Assembly: GCA_963801165.1 (NCBI GenBank)
Contig: CAWDDT010000004.1
Coordinates: 384,001-448,000, forward strand
Length of the DNA: 64,000 bases
Direction: 5' to 3'
Source of the DNA: an uncultured bacterium
GTDB lineage: Bacteria > Actinomycetota > Acidimicrobiia > Spongiisociales > UBA5794
This document shows, one piece after another, positions 12,657 to 21,864 of the stretch. Position 1 is the first letter of the stretch. Every line of letters starts with the position of its first letter. The notes beneath the pieces were generated by a model. That model saw nothing but the letters and a program-made list of their open reading frames with translations. It had not been told where the DNA came from and searched no databases. The position numbers were made by a program, and so were the translations under genes.

Positions 12657-13505
12657 TTAGTTGCTAACCGTATTCCCGTAGAACTTGACCTCGGCAACGG
12701 CGATCTCGTCGAAGGCGACCTCGCCGTTCACTGCCTGCGAGGCGTAGGTGCTGAGGATCTCGATTGTGAGCGATGTAGTTCCGATGCTCGGTAGGTCGAT
12801 TGTCTGCGGACCGCCCGGCTCATCCTTCAGGGTGTTGCGGATGTCGATGCCGGGCAGATCATCCATGTTGATCTTGTACCCGTTGATCCGGTAATTTCGC
12901 TCGAACCGGGTCTCGTCAGAGATGTTGAAAATCTCGAGATGGTCTAGGCGCACCGGCTGGGCGAAGCGGAACGTCAGGGTGAGGTCGGCACCATGCGGCG
13001 CCTGCCACTCGGTGGAGAAGTCGTTGTCGTAGAGGTTGGCTGCGGAGAACGATGCGCTGATCTGGGCGGTGGCCGTTGCCTCGGTCGGGGTGATTTCGAC
13101 CAGGTCGGCCAGAGTGGTCGATGTTGTCGATGTTGTCGTTGTGGTCGTCTCATCGCCTCCGCCACCACGGAACACATTGACCACGAGGGCGATCAGCGCG
13201 ACGAGGAGCACTGCGGCGGCGAGCACGCTGAGCGCTCTGCCGCCGGGGGTCGCTCGCACCATCGGCGCCGGCGCAACCGGCAGGGGCTCCTTGGTGAGAC
13301 GTGCTCCGCATTGCTCACAATGGCGGTTGTAGGTCGGGTTGAACGCTCCACAAGACGGGCAGGGGATCTGCTCGACCGGCGTGGTGGTCTGATTGCGTTC
13401 TTGGGCGGGTGCCGGCGGTGGTGGCTCACTTCCCGGTGGGGGCGGTCCGTCGTCGAGCTCAAATGGCTTGAACAGATCGTCGAATGAGTCGTTGTCTTTC
13501 GCCAC
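12657..13505 (-). CDS. Zinc-ribbon / TM / discoidin-like domain membrane protein
   Basis: CPSC..CEQC, one TM helix, poly-Thr linker, NLYDNDFSTEW...IAVAEVKFYG (F5/8 type C-like). Confidence 0.7.
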   Translation of the reverse strand: MAKDNDSFDDLFKPFELDDGPPPPGSEPPPPAPAQERNQTTTPVEQIPCPSCGAFNPTYNRHCEQCGARLTKEPLPVAPAPMVRATPGGRALSVLAAAVLLVALIALVVNVFRGGGGDETTTTTTSTTSTTLADLVEITPTEATATAQISASFSAANLYDNDFSTEWQAPHGADLTLTFRFAQPVRLDHLEIFNISDETRFERNYRINGYKINMDDLPGIDIRNTLKDEPGGPQTIDLPSIGTTSLTIEILSTYASQAVNGEVAFDEIAVAEVKFYGNTVSN

Positions 13506-13549
13506 GTCACGTCTCCGTCAGTCGGTCCGCCTCGGCTATTGTGCCACGG

Positions 13550-13687
13550 ATGCTCGTGATTAGTGCGATACGTCAGACCGAGGCTTGGTCAGGCACCTCG
13601 ATTGTGCTCGGCCTTCTGCTGCTCGGTGTGCTCGTAGGTCTTCTGGCGAGGCGAATCCGGCGCTTCATGCGCGATACCCGGCGGTGA
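13550..13687 (+). CDS. Putative small single-TM protein (45 aa)
   Basis: MLVISAIRQTEAWSGTSIVLGLLLLGVLVGLLARRIRRF: hydrophobic helix plus basic tail, filling an intergenic gap. Confidence 0.45.
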   Translation: MLVISAIRQTEAWSGTSIVLGLLLLGVLVGLLARRIRRFMRDTRR

Positions 13688-13701
13688 GTGACGTAGCCGG
13701 G

Positions 13702-14520
13702 TCAGACCCCCGCCGGTCGCAGGAATCGACGCAACGCCAATGGGACGCAGACGGCGATCAGGCCGGTGCACCACAGCACCATTGCGGCAACCGGGTGGAC
13801 CAACTGCCACGAGCCCGCCGAGGGAACGCCTTGGGCTACCTGACGGACCGCCGCCACCAGCGCCGATATCGGCTCCCAGTAGGCGATGGAGCGCGGAATC
13901 GCCGCCATCCCGGCGATCGGGACGAACGCGCCGCCGAGGAATGCCAGCGGCATGATGATGGTGAAGCCGAGTCCCTGCATTGCATCGGAGCTACGCACCC
14001 ACATGCCGAGCAGGACCCCGAACCATGTAAACGCAGACAGCCCGAGCAGGACCAGCGCGCTGAGACCGACCAACCCCCAGGCGGAGGCCACAGGTCTCCA
14101 GCCGAGTGCCAGCCCCATGCCCGCCACGATGGCGATACCGATGATCTGTTCGAGCACCTGACCGATGACCTGCGCCGAGATCACCGAGAGCCGCGTGATG
14201 GGGAGGGACTTGAAACGGTCGACGACGCCGCTGCCGAAATCGGTTGACGTTGCGACGCCGGCGCCGATCACGCCAAAGGCGAGGCTCTGCCCCAGAAGAC
14301 CGGGTAGCAGGTAGTCCTGGTATCGCATTCCCGGGATATGGATCGCCGAGCCGAACACGTAGAGGAACAACAAAGTGAAGATGATCGGTTGCAGCGTCAC
14401 GTCGAGGAGACGCTCGGGGACCCGGGGGATGGTACGGAGCCCGCGCCCGACGAGAAGGGCCGTTTCCCTGACATAGCGGGTGAAAGCCGTTCGCTTGTAG
14501 GTGATTGCAGTGGTGGTCAT
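13702..14520 (-). CDS. ABC-2 exporter permease (DrrB-like)
   Basis: QPIIFTLLFLYVFG, GVVDRFKSLPI. Confidence 0.9.
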   Translation of the reverse strand: MTTTAITYKRTAFTRYVRETALLVGRGLRTIPRVPERLLDVTLQPIIFTLLFLYVFGSAIHIPGMRYQDYLLPGLLGQSLAFGVIGAGVATSTDFGSGVVDRFKSLPITRLSVISAQVIGQVLEQIIGIAIVAGMGLALGWRPVASAWGLVGLSALVLLGLSAFTWFGVLLGMWVRSSDAMQGLGFTIIMPLAFLGGAFVPIAGMAAIPRSIAYWEPISALVAAVRQVAQGVPSAGSWQLVHPVAAMVLWCTGLIAVCVPLALRRFLRPAGV

Positions 14521-15509
14521 GCGACGTTCCTTTGCCGTTCGTCGACGGTTTCGGTTTGAGGTCGATGCCCGGTCAGGGCGAGGAAGGCGTCGTCGAGTGT
14601 CGGTCGCCGCAATGCAATCTCACTTGTGGGAAGATCGAGGTCGCTAACCGCGTGCGAAACGGCGGCGAGATCGATGGCCTCATTGGGCGCGGGAATCGAT
14701 ATCAGTCGTCTCTCGGGGGACGCACTGATCTCGAAGCGGCCTTCTAGACCATGGATGAGGTCGTCGTATCCGGCAGTGTCGATGGCAACAACGTCGACTC
14801 GTTGTCCGCCTATCTGTGATTTGAGCTCGTGCGACGTCCCTGCGGCAACGGCACGACCGTGATCGATCAGCACGATCTCGTCGGCGAGTTGGTCGGCCTC
14901 CTCGAGATATTGGGTGGTGAGCAGGAGGGTGACACCGTCGGCCACCAGCTCCCTGATGGTTCCCCATACCACCTGCCGGCTCCGCGGGTCCAGCCCTGTG
15001 GTCGGCTCGTCAAGCACGAGCAGTTCGGGCCGGATGACCAGACCTGCGGCGAGGTCGATGCGCCGCCGCTGTCCTCCCGAGACATTCTTGACCAGCTTGT
15101 CGGCGAACTCATCGATGTCGAACCGGTCCACGAGGTCGGCCACCACCCTCTTGGCTGCGGACCGGGCGATGCCACGCAAGCGTGTCATCAGGATGAGGTT
15201 CTCTCGTGCGGTGAGGTTGTCCTCCAGGGCTGCGAACTGGCCCGTCAGGGCGATCCGGGTGCGTACCTCATGGCTGTGGCGCACTACGTCGTACCCGCAC
15301 ACGGTGGCCGTACCTGAAGTGGGTCGCTCCAACGTCGCCAGCATGCGGACGGTTGTCGTCTTGCCGGCACCGTTGGGACCGAGCAGGGCCGAGACGTTTC
15401 CTGCGGCGACAGTCAGGTCGAGGTCCCGGACCGCGACGAGATCGCCGTATCGCTTGGTCAGCCCGGCGGTGTGCACCGCGAGGTCTGAACTGTTCGTTCT
15501 GTAACTCAT
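14517..15509 (-). CDS. ABC exporter ATP-binding protein (DrrA-like)
   Basis: GPNGAGKTT, VSGGQRRR, LDEPTTGLDP, TTQYLEEAD, RPTLDDAFLALTG. Confidence 0.92.
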   Translation of the reverse strand: MSYRTNSSDLAVHTAGLTKRYGDLVAVRDLDLTVAAGNVSALLGPNGAGKTTTVRMLATLERPTSGTATVCGYDVVRHSHEVRTRIALTGQFAALEDNLTARENLILMTRLRGIARSAAKRVVADLVDRFDIDEFADKLVKNVSGGQRRRIDLAAGLVIRPELLVLDEPTTGLDPRSRQVVWGTIRELVADGVTLLLTTQYLEEADQLADEIVLIDHGRAVAAGTSHELKSQIGGQRVDVVAIDTAGYDDLIHGLEGRFEISASPERRLISIPAPNEAIDLAAVSHAVSDLDLPTSEIALRRPTLDDAFLALTGHRPQTETVDERQRNVA

Positions 15510-15519
15510 GTGCCAAAGG

Positions 15520-15566
15520 TACAGTCACTGAATAAATACTGCAAGTGAATTTTTTCTGCTACTGTA
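15520..15566. promoter_or_regulatory. Putative TetR operator pair in AT-rich divergent promoter
   Basis: TACAGTCACTGAA (15520-15532) and imperfect inverted copy TTCTGCTACTGTA (15554-15566). Confidence 0.45.
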
Positions 15567-15572
15567 TGAAAC

Positions 15573-16586
15573 ATGAGCGACAGCAGGCAAGAACTCTCCG
15601 ATGCCGGCGGAATCGGCGAGTTGATCCGGAGCGTGTTCGACATCGGAGATTCCCGACCACCGCCACAGGGATTGCGGGAGCGAAAGAAACGTGAGTTGCG
15701 CCAGCGGGTATCCGATACCGCGACCCAGATGTTTCTCAGGGACGGTTTCGATCAGGTACGGGTGAGCGACGTTGCCGAAGCATGTGGAGTCTCGGACAAG
15801 ACCGTGTTCAACTACTTCCCGACGAAAGAGTCGATGCTTCTCGATCGTGAGGAGGAGATGGCGGAGGCCATCGAGCGCGCCATCCGCGACAGTGGCGAGG
15901 GGGTGGCGACGACCGATGCGATCGTCGCCGTGATCGAGTGCCACGTGGAGATGATGTTCTCCGTGTGGGAGGCGTGGGACAGCCCGGCCGAGGCACTCCT
16001 GATATTCCGTGATTTTGCCGACATGATCGATCAGACGCCGTCGCTTCTCGCTGCGATGAACGCGATGATGGAGCGTTTGACCCAGGTCGCGGCCGGGGCG
16101 CTAGCTGAACGGGCCGGTGTCGACCCCGAGGATCCGGAGCCGCAGCTGGCGGCGGCAATCGCTCTCGGGTTGTGGCAGTCACATGCGAGGGCCGTGTACC
16201 GGTATTCCGACGGCTCGCGCGAGATCGCCGAGGTGAAGGCGGCGGTACTGGACGACATCCGCCGCACGGCCCGGGTCGCCAACACCGGCCTCTCGACATT
16301 CGACCTTGCGTTGCGCCTGACGACCAGCGATGACGAACTGGCCGCGGCAATGGAGGCGGGAATCGACGCTCGTCGTCAGATGGTGCGAGCCATCAAGCAA
16401 GCCCGTCAGGCTTGGATTCAGGTCATGGACGAAGTACGGGCCGCCGGCGACGCCGCCGATCCGAAAGGGAATGACCGACGGGCTCGGCGCCAGGCGATGC
16501 GGGCCAAACAGCGCGAGATCCAGACGCGCAAGCGCAAGCTCCAGGCCCAGATGAGACGGGGACAGGGTCGTGGTCACCACCGGTGA
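15573..16586 (+). CDS. TetR-family regulator with long C-terminal helical/basic extension
   Basis: GLRERKK...GFDQVRVSDVAEACGVSDKTVFNYFPTKE HTH; about 90 extra C-terminal residues. Confidence 0.88.
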   Translation: MSDSRQELSDAGGIGELIRSVFDIGDSRPPPQGLRERKKRELRQRVSDTATQMFLRDGFDQVRVSDVAEACGVSDKTVFNYFPTKESMLLDREEEMAEAIERAIRDSGEGVATTDAIVAVIECHVEMMFSVWEAWDSPAEALLIFRDFADMIDQTPSLLAAMNAMMERLTQVAAGALAERAGVDPEDPEPQLAAAIALGLWQSHARAVYRYSDGSREIAEVKAAVLDDIRRTARVANTGLSTFDLALRLTTSDDELAAAMEAGIDARRQMVRAIKQARQAWIQVMDEVRAAGDAADPKGNDRRARRQAMRAKQREIQTRKRKLQAQMRRGQGRGHHR

Positions 16587-16628
16587 GCATCATCGCTATC
16601 TGTCGGTGTCAGATCGTATGCTGGCGGC

Positions 16629-17978
16629 ATGACCTCACGGAATAGTAAGAGCCGGCAGCCGGATTACAGGTGCACCAACTGCGGATACACGACCGGTCGG
16701 TGGATGGGTTTCTGTCCCCAATGCCGAACCGAAGGCTCGCTGGCAGAGTCGATCGCCCCGCGCGGGCCGTCAGCGCAGACCAGGACGCTTCGGGATATCC
16801 CGGTCGGGGACAAGCCGCGGACGGCGACGGGCATAGCCGAGATAGACCGTGTGCTCGGTGGTGGGCTTGTCACCGGCTCGGTTGTGCTGGTCGGGGGCGA
16901 GCCCGGTGTGGGCAAGTCGACATTGCTCCTTCAACTCGCCGCACGCGTCGCCGAGTCAAAGCCGGTGCTGCTCGCCTCTGCCGAGGAGTCGGTGGCTCAG
17001 GTGGCCCTCCGGGCGGAACGGCTTGGGCTCGACCCCCCCGGGCTTCGCATCATCGCCGACGGTCGAGTGGAAGCGATCCTCGGGGCATGTGTGGAAGAGG
17101 ATCCGGAGCTTCTGATTGTCGACTCGATCCAGACGGTCACCGTTGACGATGCGGACGGCACAGCCGGTGGTGTGGTCCAGGTTCGGGAGTCGGCAGCCCG
17201 CTTCATCGAGTACGCCAAACGGTCGGGTACGGCGGTGGCGCTCGTGGGTCACGTCACCAAGGACGGGTCTATCGCCGGTCCGAAGATGCTGGAGCACATG
17301 GTCGACGTCGTCATCTATCTGGAGGGGGAGAGCGACGCCGGCCTCCGGTTGCTCCGTTCGCTAAAGAACCGGTACGGGTCGATCAACCAGGTCGGGGTAT
17401 TCACCATGGGCGACACGGGCATGGCGGAGGTCCCCGATCCCTCGGGCGTTCTCATCGCTTCGCACCGATCCGGTGCGTCGGGCACGGTGCTGTTTCCGAT
17501 GGTCGAGGGCCGTCGATCGATGCTATGCGAGGTGCAAGCTCTCGTCGTCCCGACCGTGCTGCCGCAACCGCGCCGCAGCGTGAAAGGGCTCGATGCCGCC
17601 AGGGTGCACCAACTGCTGGCGGTCCTGGAGCGGCATGGTCATTTCGACACGAGCAAGTCCGACGTGCACGTGAACGTAGTAGGCGGGGTGCGTTTGCGCG
17701 ACCCGGCCGTCGATCTCGCCGTCGCGCTTGCTATTGCCTCGTCGATACTCGACCGACCACTCCCGCTGGCCGCCGCCTGGGGCGAGATCGGGCTCACCGG
17801 CGAGATCAGGGCTGCGGCGCACTCCGATCGCCGCTACGAGGAAGCGGTGCGTTTCGAGCCGCAACTGGTGATCCACCCGGGCAACAACGGCACCCGCACC
17901 ATCCAGGAGGCACTGCTCGTGGCGGGGTTGGCGCCGGGGAGAAAAGTGGCTCCAATCCATGCGGATACAACCCAGTAG
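16629..17978 (+). CDS. radA: DNA repair protein RadA/Sms
   Basis: C4 zinc finger, GEPGVGKST, KNRYG, Lon-like C-terminus GEIGLTGE. Confidence 0.96.
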   Translation: MTSRNSKSRQPDYRCTNCGYTTGRWMGFCPQCRTEGSLAESIAPRGPSAQTRTLRDIPVGDKPRTATGIAEIDRVLGGGLVTGSVVLVGGEPGVGKSTLLLQLAARVAESKPVLLASAEESVAQVALRAERLGLDPPGLRIIADGRVEAILGACVEEDPELLIVDSIQTVTVDDADGTAGGVVQVRESAARFIEYAKRSGTAVALVGHVTKDGSIAGPKMLEHMVDVVIYLEGESDAGLRLLRSLKNRYGSINQVGVFTMGDTGMAEVPDPSGVLIASHRSGASGTVLFPMVEGRRSMLCEVQALVVPTVLPQPRRSVKGLDAARVHQLLAVLERHGHFDTSKSDVHVNVVGGVRLRDPAVDLAVALAIASSILDRPLPLAAAWGEIGLTGEIRAAAHSDRRYEEAVRFEPQLVIHPGNNGTRTIQEALLVAGLAPGRKVAPIHADTTQ

Positions 17979-18003
17979 GTACGTTTTGAGGTAGCCTGCA
18001 CGG

Positions 18004-19047
18004 ATGCCTTCCCGTGTTCCCGACTCCAATGAGATACTCCGTCGGTTTGCTCCTGGGACTCCGCTGCGTGTCGCGGTTGAGCTGATCCACGCCCAGGGGA
18101 CCGGCGCCTTGATCCTGATCGGCTCAGGGAGCGAGCTGGAGGAGCTGTGCAGCGGCGGATTTCATCTTGCCGAGACGGCCTTCACGGCCCAGCGTATCGC
18201 CGAGCTGGCGAAGATGGACGGCGGTATCGTCATCGACGACGAGCGCAATCTGATCACCCGGGCGAACGTCCATTTCATCCCGGACCCGTCGATCGAGACG
18301 AACGAAACGGGTACTCGTTTTCGCACCGCCGAGCGGCTCGCCGTCCAGACCGGCCGGGATGTGCTCTCCGTGAGCGAGGAAGGTTGGCGGACGGCGGTCG
18401 TCTATCGCAACGGCGAGCGCCACGAGCTGGCGCGACCCGCAGATCTGGTGGCCGGGGCCAACAACTCGCTCAACTCCCTGGAGCGGCTTCGCCGGCGTCT
18501 TGAATCCGCCGAAGATCGGCTCACCAGAGCCGAGGTGGACGACGTTGTCGTGGTGCGTGACGTGCTGACGGTCTTGGCCCGGGCGGTGCTCGTGTCTCGC
18601 ATGTACGGTGAGGTGCAACGGACCCTGGTGGCTCTCGGGGGCGAGGGCGGGCTTATCAAGATCCAGGCGACCGATCTGGTCGAGGGAGTGGCGGATCTCG
18701 CTGAGGTCGTGTTCTCCGACTACCGCAAGCGCAGCGGGAAGCGCTCCGTGTTCGAGCGGCTTTCGGTGGTGCCGACCGACGAGCTGCACAACATGACGGC
18801 GCTGGCGACCGAACTCGGCTTCTCGGACGTCGATGAAGGCCTCGAGCCGCGGGGGTTGCGGGCACTGTCTCGAGTACCCCGGCTCCCCGAGCAGGTTCGC
18901 CAGAGCATCGTCGGGCACTTCCGCGGGTTCCAGCGAATGCTCAACGCGGATGCATCGGATTTCGAGAAGGTCGAAGGCGTTGGCAGGGCCCGCGCCCAAC
19001 AGCTACACCGCTATTTCGACCGCCTGTCCGAGCTCGGTGACGGCTGA
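18004..19047 (+). CDS. disA: DNA integrity scanning protein DisA (diadenylate cyclase family), RHR motif altered to RFR
   Basis: ELAKMDGG, ETGTRFRTAER, C-terminal HhH (VEGVGRARA); directly downstream of radA. Confidence 0.9.
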   Translation: MPSRVPDSNEILRRFAPGTPLRVAVELIHAQGTGALILIGSGSELEELCSGGFHLAETAFTAQRIAELAKMDGGIVIDDERNLITRANVHFIPDPSIETNETGTRFRTAERLAVQTGRDVLSVSEEGWRTAVVYRNGERHELARPADLVAGANNSLNSLERLRRRLESAEDRLTRAEVDDVVVVRDVLTVLARAVLVSRMYGEVQRTLVALGGEGGLIKIQATDLVEGVADLAEVVFSDYRKRSGKRSVFERLSVVPTDELHNMTALATELGFSDVDEGLEPRGLRALSRVPRLPEQVRQSIVGHFRGFQRMLNADASDFEKVEGVGRARAQQLHRYFDRLSELGDG

Positions 19048-19115
19048 AAGTCGACCGGCTCGCCGTTTCGGTCGCTGCACTCATTACAATGCGCGTCTAG
19101 CAACCTGGAAGAAGT

Positions 19116-20003
19116 GTGACGAACCAGAAGACGACTGCCAGCCAGTCGAAGAAGACGGCATCAAAGAAATCCTCTAGCGGGTCGTCGACAAGAGCGACTG
19201 CAAACAAGACGACGGCGGCCGCAAAGAAGACGACGACGGCGAAGGCATCGACGAAGCGGCCGACTGCCACAAAGGCCGCGGCCAAGAAGACGGCGGCAGC
19301 CAAGAAGCCGGCGGCAGCCAAGAAGACGGCGGCAGCCAAGAAGACGGCGGCAGCCAAGAAGACGGCGGCCGCAAAGAAGACCACGTCGACGGCGAAGGAA
19401 GCCCCGGCTAAGAAGAAGGCTCCTACCAAGAAGGCGGCGGCTGCTGGCAAGACGCCGGTCGCCAAGGCGTCGACGGCGAAGAAGGCTCCTCCTGTGGAGA
19501 GCCCGTTTACGGTCGGCGATTATGTGGTGTACCCCCACCACGGTGCCGCCACCATCATCAAGCGGGAGAAGATCGAATTCGACGGGGAGAAACACGAGTA
19601 CTTCGTACTCGAGATCGCCACCGACCAGCTCACGGTGCGCGTCCCGGTCGGCAAGGCCGTTGATCTCGGGGTGCGACCTGTGATCTCTCAGAACAAGGCA
19701 CGGCAGGTGTTCCGTACCTTCAAGGATGAGCCACAGGAAGCGGGTAAGAACTGGAGCCGGTGGTACAAGCTGCTCACGGAGAAGATCAACTCAGGCGACA
19801 TATTCCAGGTCGCCGAGGTTGTCCGTGACCTGACCTATGCCCAGCAGGTCAAGGGGATCTCGCCGGCGCTGAAGCGGATGCTGGCCAAGGCCCGCTTGAT
19901 CATCATCTCCGAGCTACGGTTCGCCCTCGACCTCGATGAAGACGAGGCGGTCAAGAGGCTCGATCGTGCCTTGCCCAAGGTGGAGGTTCCGGAGGAAGAG
20001 TGA
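19116..20003 (+). CDS. carD: CarD-family RNA polymerase-binding factor with N-terminal Lys/Ala-rich histone-H1-like tail
   Basis: FTVGDYVVYPHHGA, NWSRWYK, SGDIFQVAEVVRDL; conserved position upstream of ispD-ispF. Confidence 0.92.
   Translation: MTNQKTTASQSKKTASKKSSSGSSTRATANKTTAAAKKTTTAKASTKRPTATKAAAKKTAAAKKPAAAKKTAAAKKTAAAKKTAAAKKTTSTAKEAPAKKKAPTKKAAAAGKTPVAKASTAKKAPPVESPFTVGDYVVYPHHGAATIIKREKIEFDGEKHEYFVLEIATDQLTVRVPVGKAVDLGVRPVISQNKARQVFRTFKDEPQEAGKNWSRWYKLLTEKINSGDIFQVAEVVRDLTYAQQVKGISPALKRMLAKARLIIISELRFALDLDEDEAVKRLDRALPKVEVPEEE
19281..19370 (+). repeat. 18-bp coding tandem repeat (AKK[T/P]AA x5) in carD
   Basis: GCCAAGAAGACGGCGGCA-type unit, five near-perfect copies plus a partial copy. 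Confidence 0.9.
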
Positions 20004-20647
20004 GTGTTTTCCCGGACAGCGCGTCAATATGGGGCATAGTCGTTGCCGGCGGCATTGGGTCGCGTTTCGGCGGCCCAAAGCACTCGATGGAGTTGCAGGG
20101 TAAGCCGCTATGGGCCTGGGGACGGGACATGCTGGTTGATGCCGGTGTCAGCCAGGTGGTCGTCGTCGGCCCCGTACCCGGGGGGATCCCGGGCGGTAAC
20201 CGGCGCCGTGACTCGGTGGCCGCCGGGCTCGCCGAGGTACCTGAAGACGTCGACTACGTCATCATCCACGATGCCGCCCGTCCCCTGGCGACGCCTTCGA
20301 TGGTCGCCAAGATCATCGAGACACTGTTGACCAGGGATGTCGACGGGGTGGTGCCTGCGGTCCCGGTTCGCGACACGCTCAAAGAGGTCGACGACAAGGA
20401 CATCGTCTCGGGAACGTTGCCCCGAGACCATGTGGTTGCGGTGCAGACCCCGCAGGGCTTTGTGACGTCGCGGCTGCGTGAGGCCCACAGGGCGTTGGAG
20501 GGGAGCTTCACGGATGATGCCGGCATGGTCGAGAAGAACGGCGGGCGGGTGATCGTCGTGCCCGGCGATCCGCGCAACCTCAAGGTGACCTATGCCGAGG
20601 ACCTGGCGGTGGTGCGCGCCCTCGTTGCCGCCGAGGAGCACGTGTGA
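20000..20647 (+). CDS. ispD: 2-C-methyl-D-erythritol 4-phosphate cytidylyltransferase
   Basis: AGGIGSRFGGPK, IHDAARP, QTPQGF, TDDAG, NLKVT. Confidence 0.93.
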   Translation: MSVFPDSASIWGIVVAGGIGSRFGGPKHSMELQGKPLWAWGRDMLVDAGVSQVVVVGPVPGGIPGGNRRRDSVAAGLAEVPEDVDYVIIHDAARPLATPSMVAKIIETLLTRDVDGVVPAVPVRDTLKEVDDKDIVSGTLPRDHVVAVQTPQGFVTSRLREAHRALEGSFTDDAGMVEKNGGRVIVVPGDPRNLKVTYAEDLAVVRALVAAEEHV

Positions 20648-21114
20648 GGGTCGGCTGGGGATTCGACGCTCATCGGATCGGCGGTGACGGGCCGATGCTC
20701 ATCGGGGGAGTCGTGGTGGACGAGAAACGGGGTCTCATCGGCACCTCGGACGCCGACGTCGCGTTGCATGCCATCACGGATGCCGCACTAGGAGCAGCCG
20801 CACTCGGCGACATGGGAACGCTGTTCCCATCAGACGACCCGAGGTGGCACGGAGCAGATTCGGCGGGCCTGCTCGGCGAGGTGATCAGAAAGATCGATGA
20901 CCGCGGGATCGCGATATACCACGTCGATTTGACGATCATTGCCGAGACGGTGCGGATATCGCCCTTCCGGATGGCGATCAGGCAGCGGATCGCCGAGATC
21001 ACGCGGGCCCCGCTCGGGTCGGTGTCCGTGAAGGCGACCACGACAGACGGTATGGGTTTCATCGGCCGCGACGAGGGGGTCGCAGCCATGGCGGTGGTGA
21101 CGCTAGACCGCTGA
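20644..21114 (+). CDS. ispF: 2-C-methyl-D-erythritol 2,4-cyclodiphosphate synthase
   Basis: GFDAH, SDADVALHAITDAALGA, SVKATTTDGMGFIGRDEG. Confidence 0.94.
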   Translation: MRVGWGFDAHRIGGDGPMLIGGVVVDEKRGLIGTSDADVALHAITDAALGAAALGDMGTLFPSDDPRWHGADSAGLLGEVIRKIDDRGIAIYHVDLTIIAETVRISPFRMAIRQRIAEITRAPLGSVSVKATTTDGMGFIGRDEGVAAMAVVTLDR

Positions 21115-21810
21115 CACGACCCGGAGCGTCGTCTGCGGATCGTTGCTGATGATGGCGTCGACGCCGGCCTCGGCGACGGTGCGGATGGACACGGGATCAT
21201 CGACGGTCCATACCGCGAGGCGAAGCCCGTGGTTGTGGACGGCCGTGACAATTCCGACCGGGTCGGCCAGGACGTCTGCGATGTTTGGCGCTACCCATTG
21301 GTGACCTGCCGCCACGATCGAATCGAGGTCACGCGCGGGCCGGAACCCGGCGGCGACCAGCTGGCCGGTGGTGACGGTGGGATCGGCCCGGCGCACGGCA
21401 GCCGCCGTTTCCGGGTGAAACGACGTCACGACTACCCGCTCATGCAGATCGTGGGTGTTGATCCAGCGGGCGATGGCGTCGGCCATCTCGTCTCCCGGGT
21501 CGAAATCCGGCTCACCCGGGGAGTTCTTGATTTCGACGTTGATGATGAGGTCGGCGAGCACGGCAAGCGCTTCGTCGAGCGTCGGTACCTCGGGGTGGCT
21601 GTGGCGGATGGCCGCGAAGTCGTGGTGGATCAGCGGCCCCATCTCGCCGATGTCGGGGTCGTGGTTGAGCACGATCACACCGTCGGAGGTGAAGCGGACA
21701 TCGAGCTCGACCCCGTCGGCACCCTGGGCAACGGCGAGCTCGAAAGCCTCGATCGTGTTGTCCGCGGCGTGGGCGGAGGCGCCCCGGTGGCCGAGTACGA
21801 GCGGTTGCAT
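21103..21810 (-). CDS. Glycerophosphodiester phosphodiesterase
   Basis: GHRGASAHAADNT, VELDV, HD, NVEIK, WTVD. Confidence 0.92.
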   Translation of the reverse strand: MQPLVLGHRGASAHAADNTIEAFELAVAQGADGVELDVRFTSDGVIVLNHDPDIGEMGPLIHHDFAAIRHSHPEVPTLDEALAVLADLIINVEIKNSPGEPDFDPGDEMADAIARWINTHDLHERVVVTSFHPETAAAVRRADPTVTTGQLVAAGFRPARDLDSIVAAGHQWVAPNIADVLADPVGIVTAVHNHGLRLAVWTVDDPVSIRTVAEAGVDAIISNDPQTTLRVVSAV

Positions 21811-21864
21811 GACGGTTTCCTTTCGTTCGATGCAACGCTACCCCAGGCTGATACCATCCCGGCC

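Noticed and set aside
21229-21864. Long N-terminal extension on CysS
   Set aside because: It is the antisense shadow of the GDPD gene; CysS homology starts at ATG 21865.
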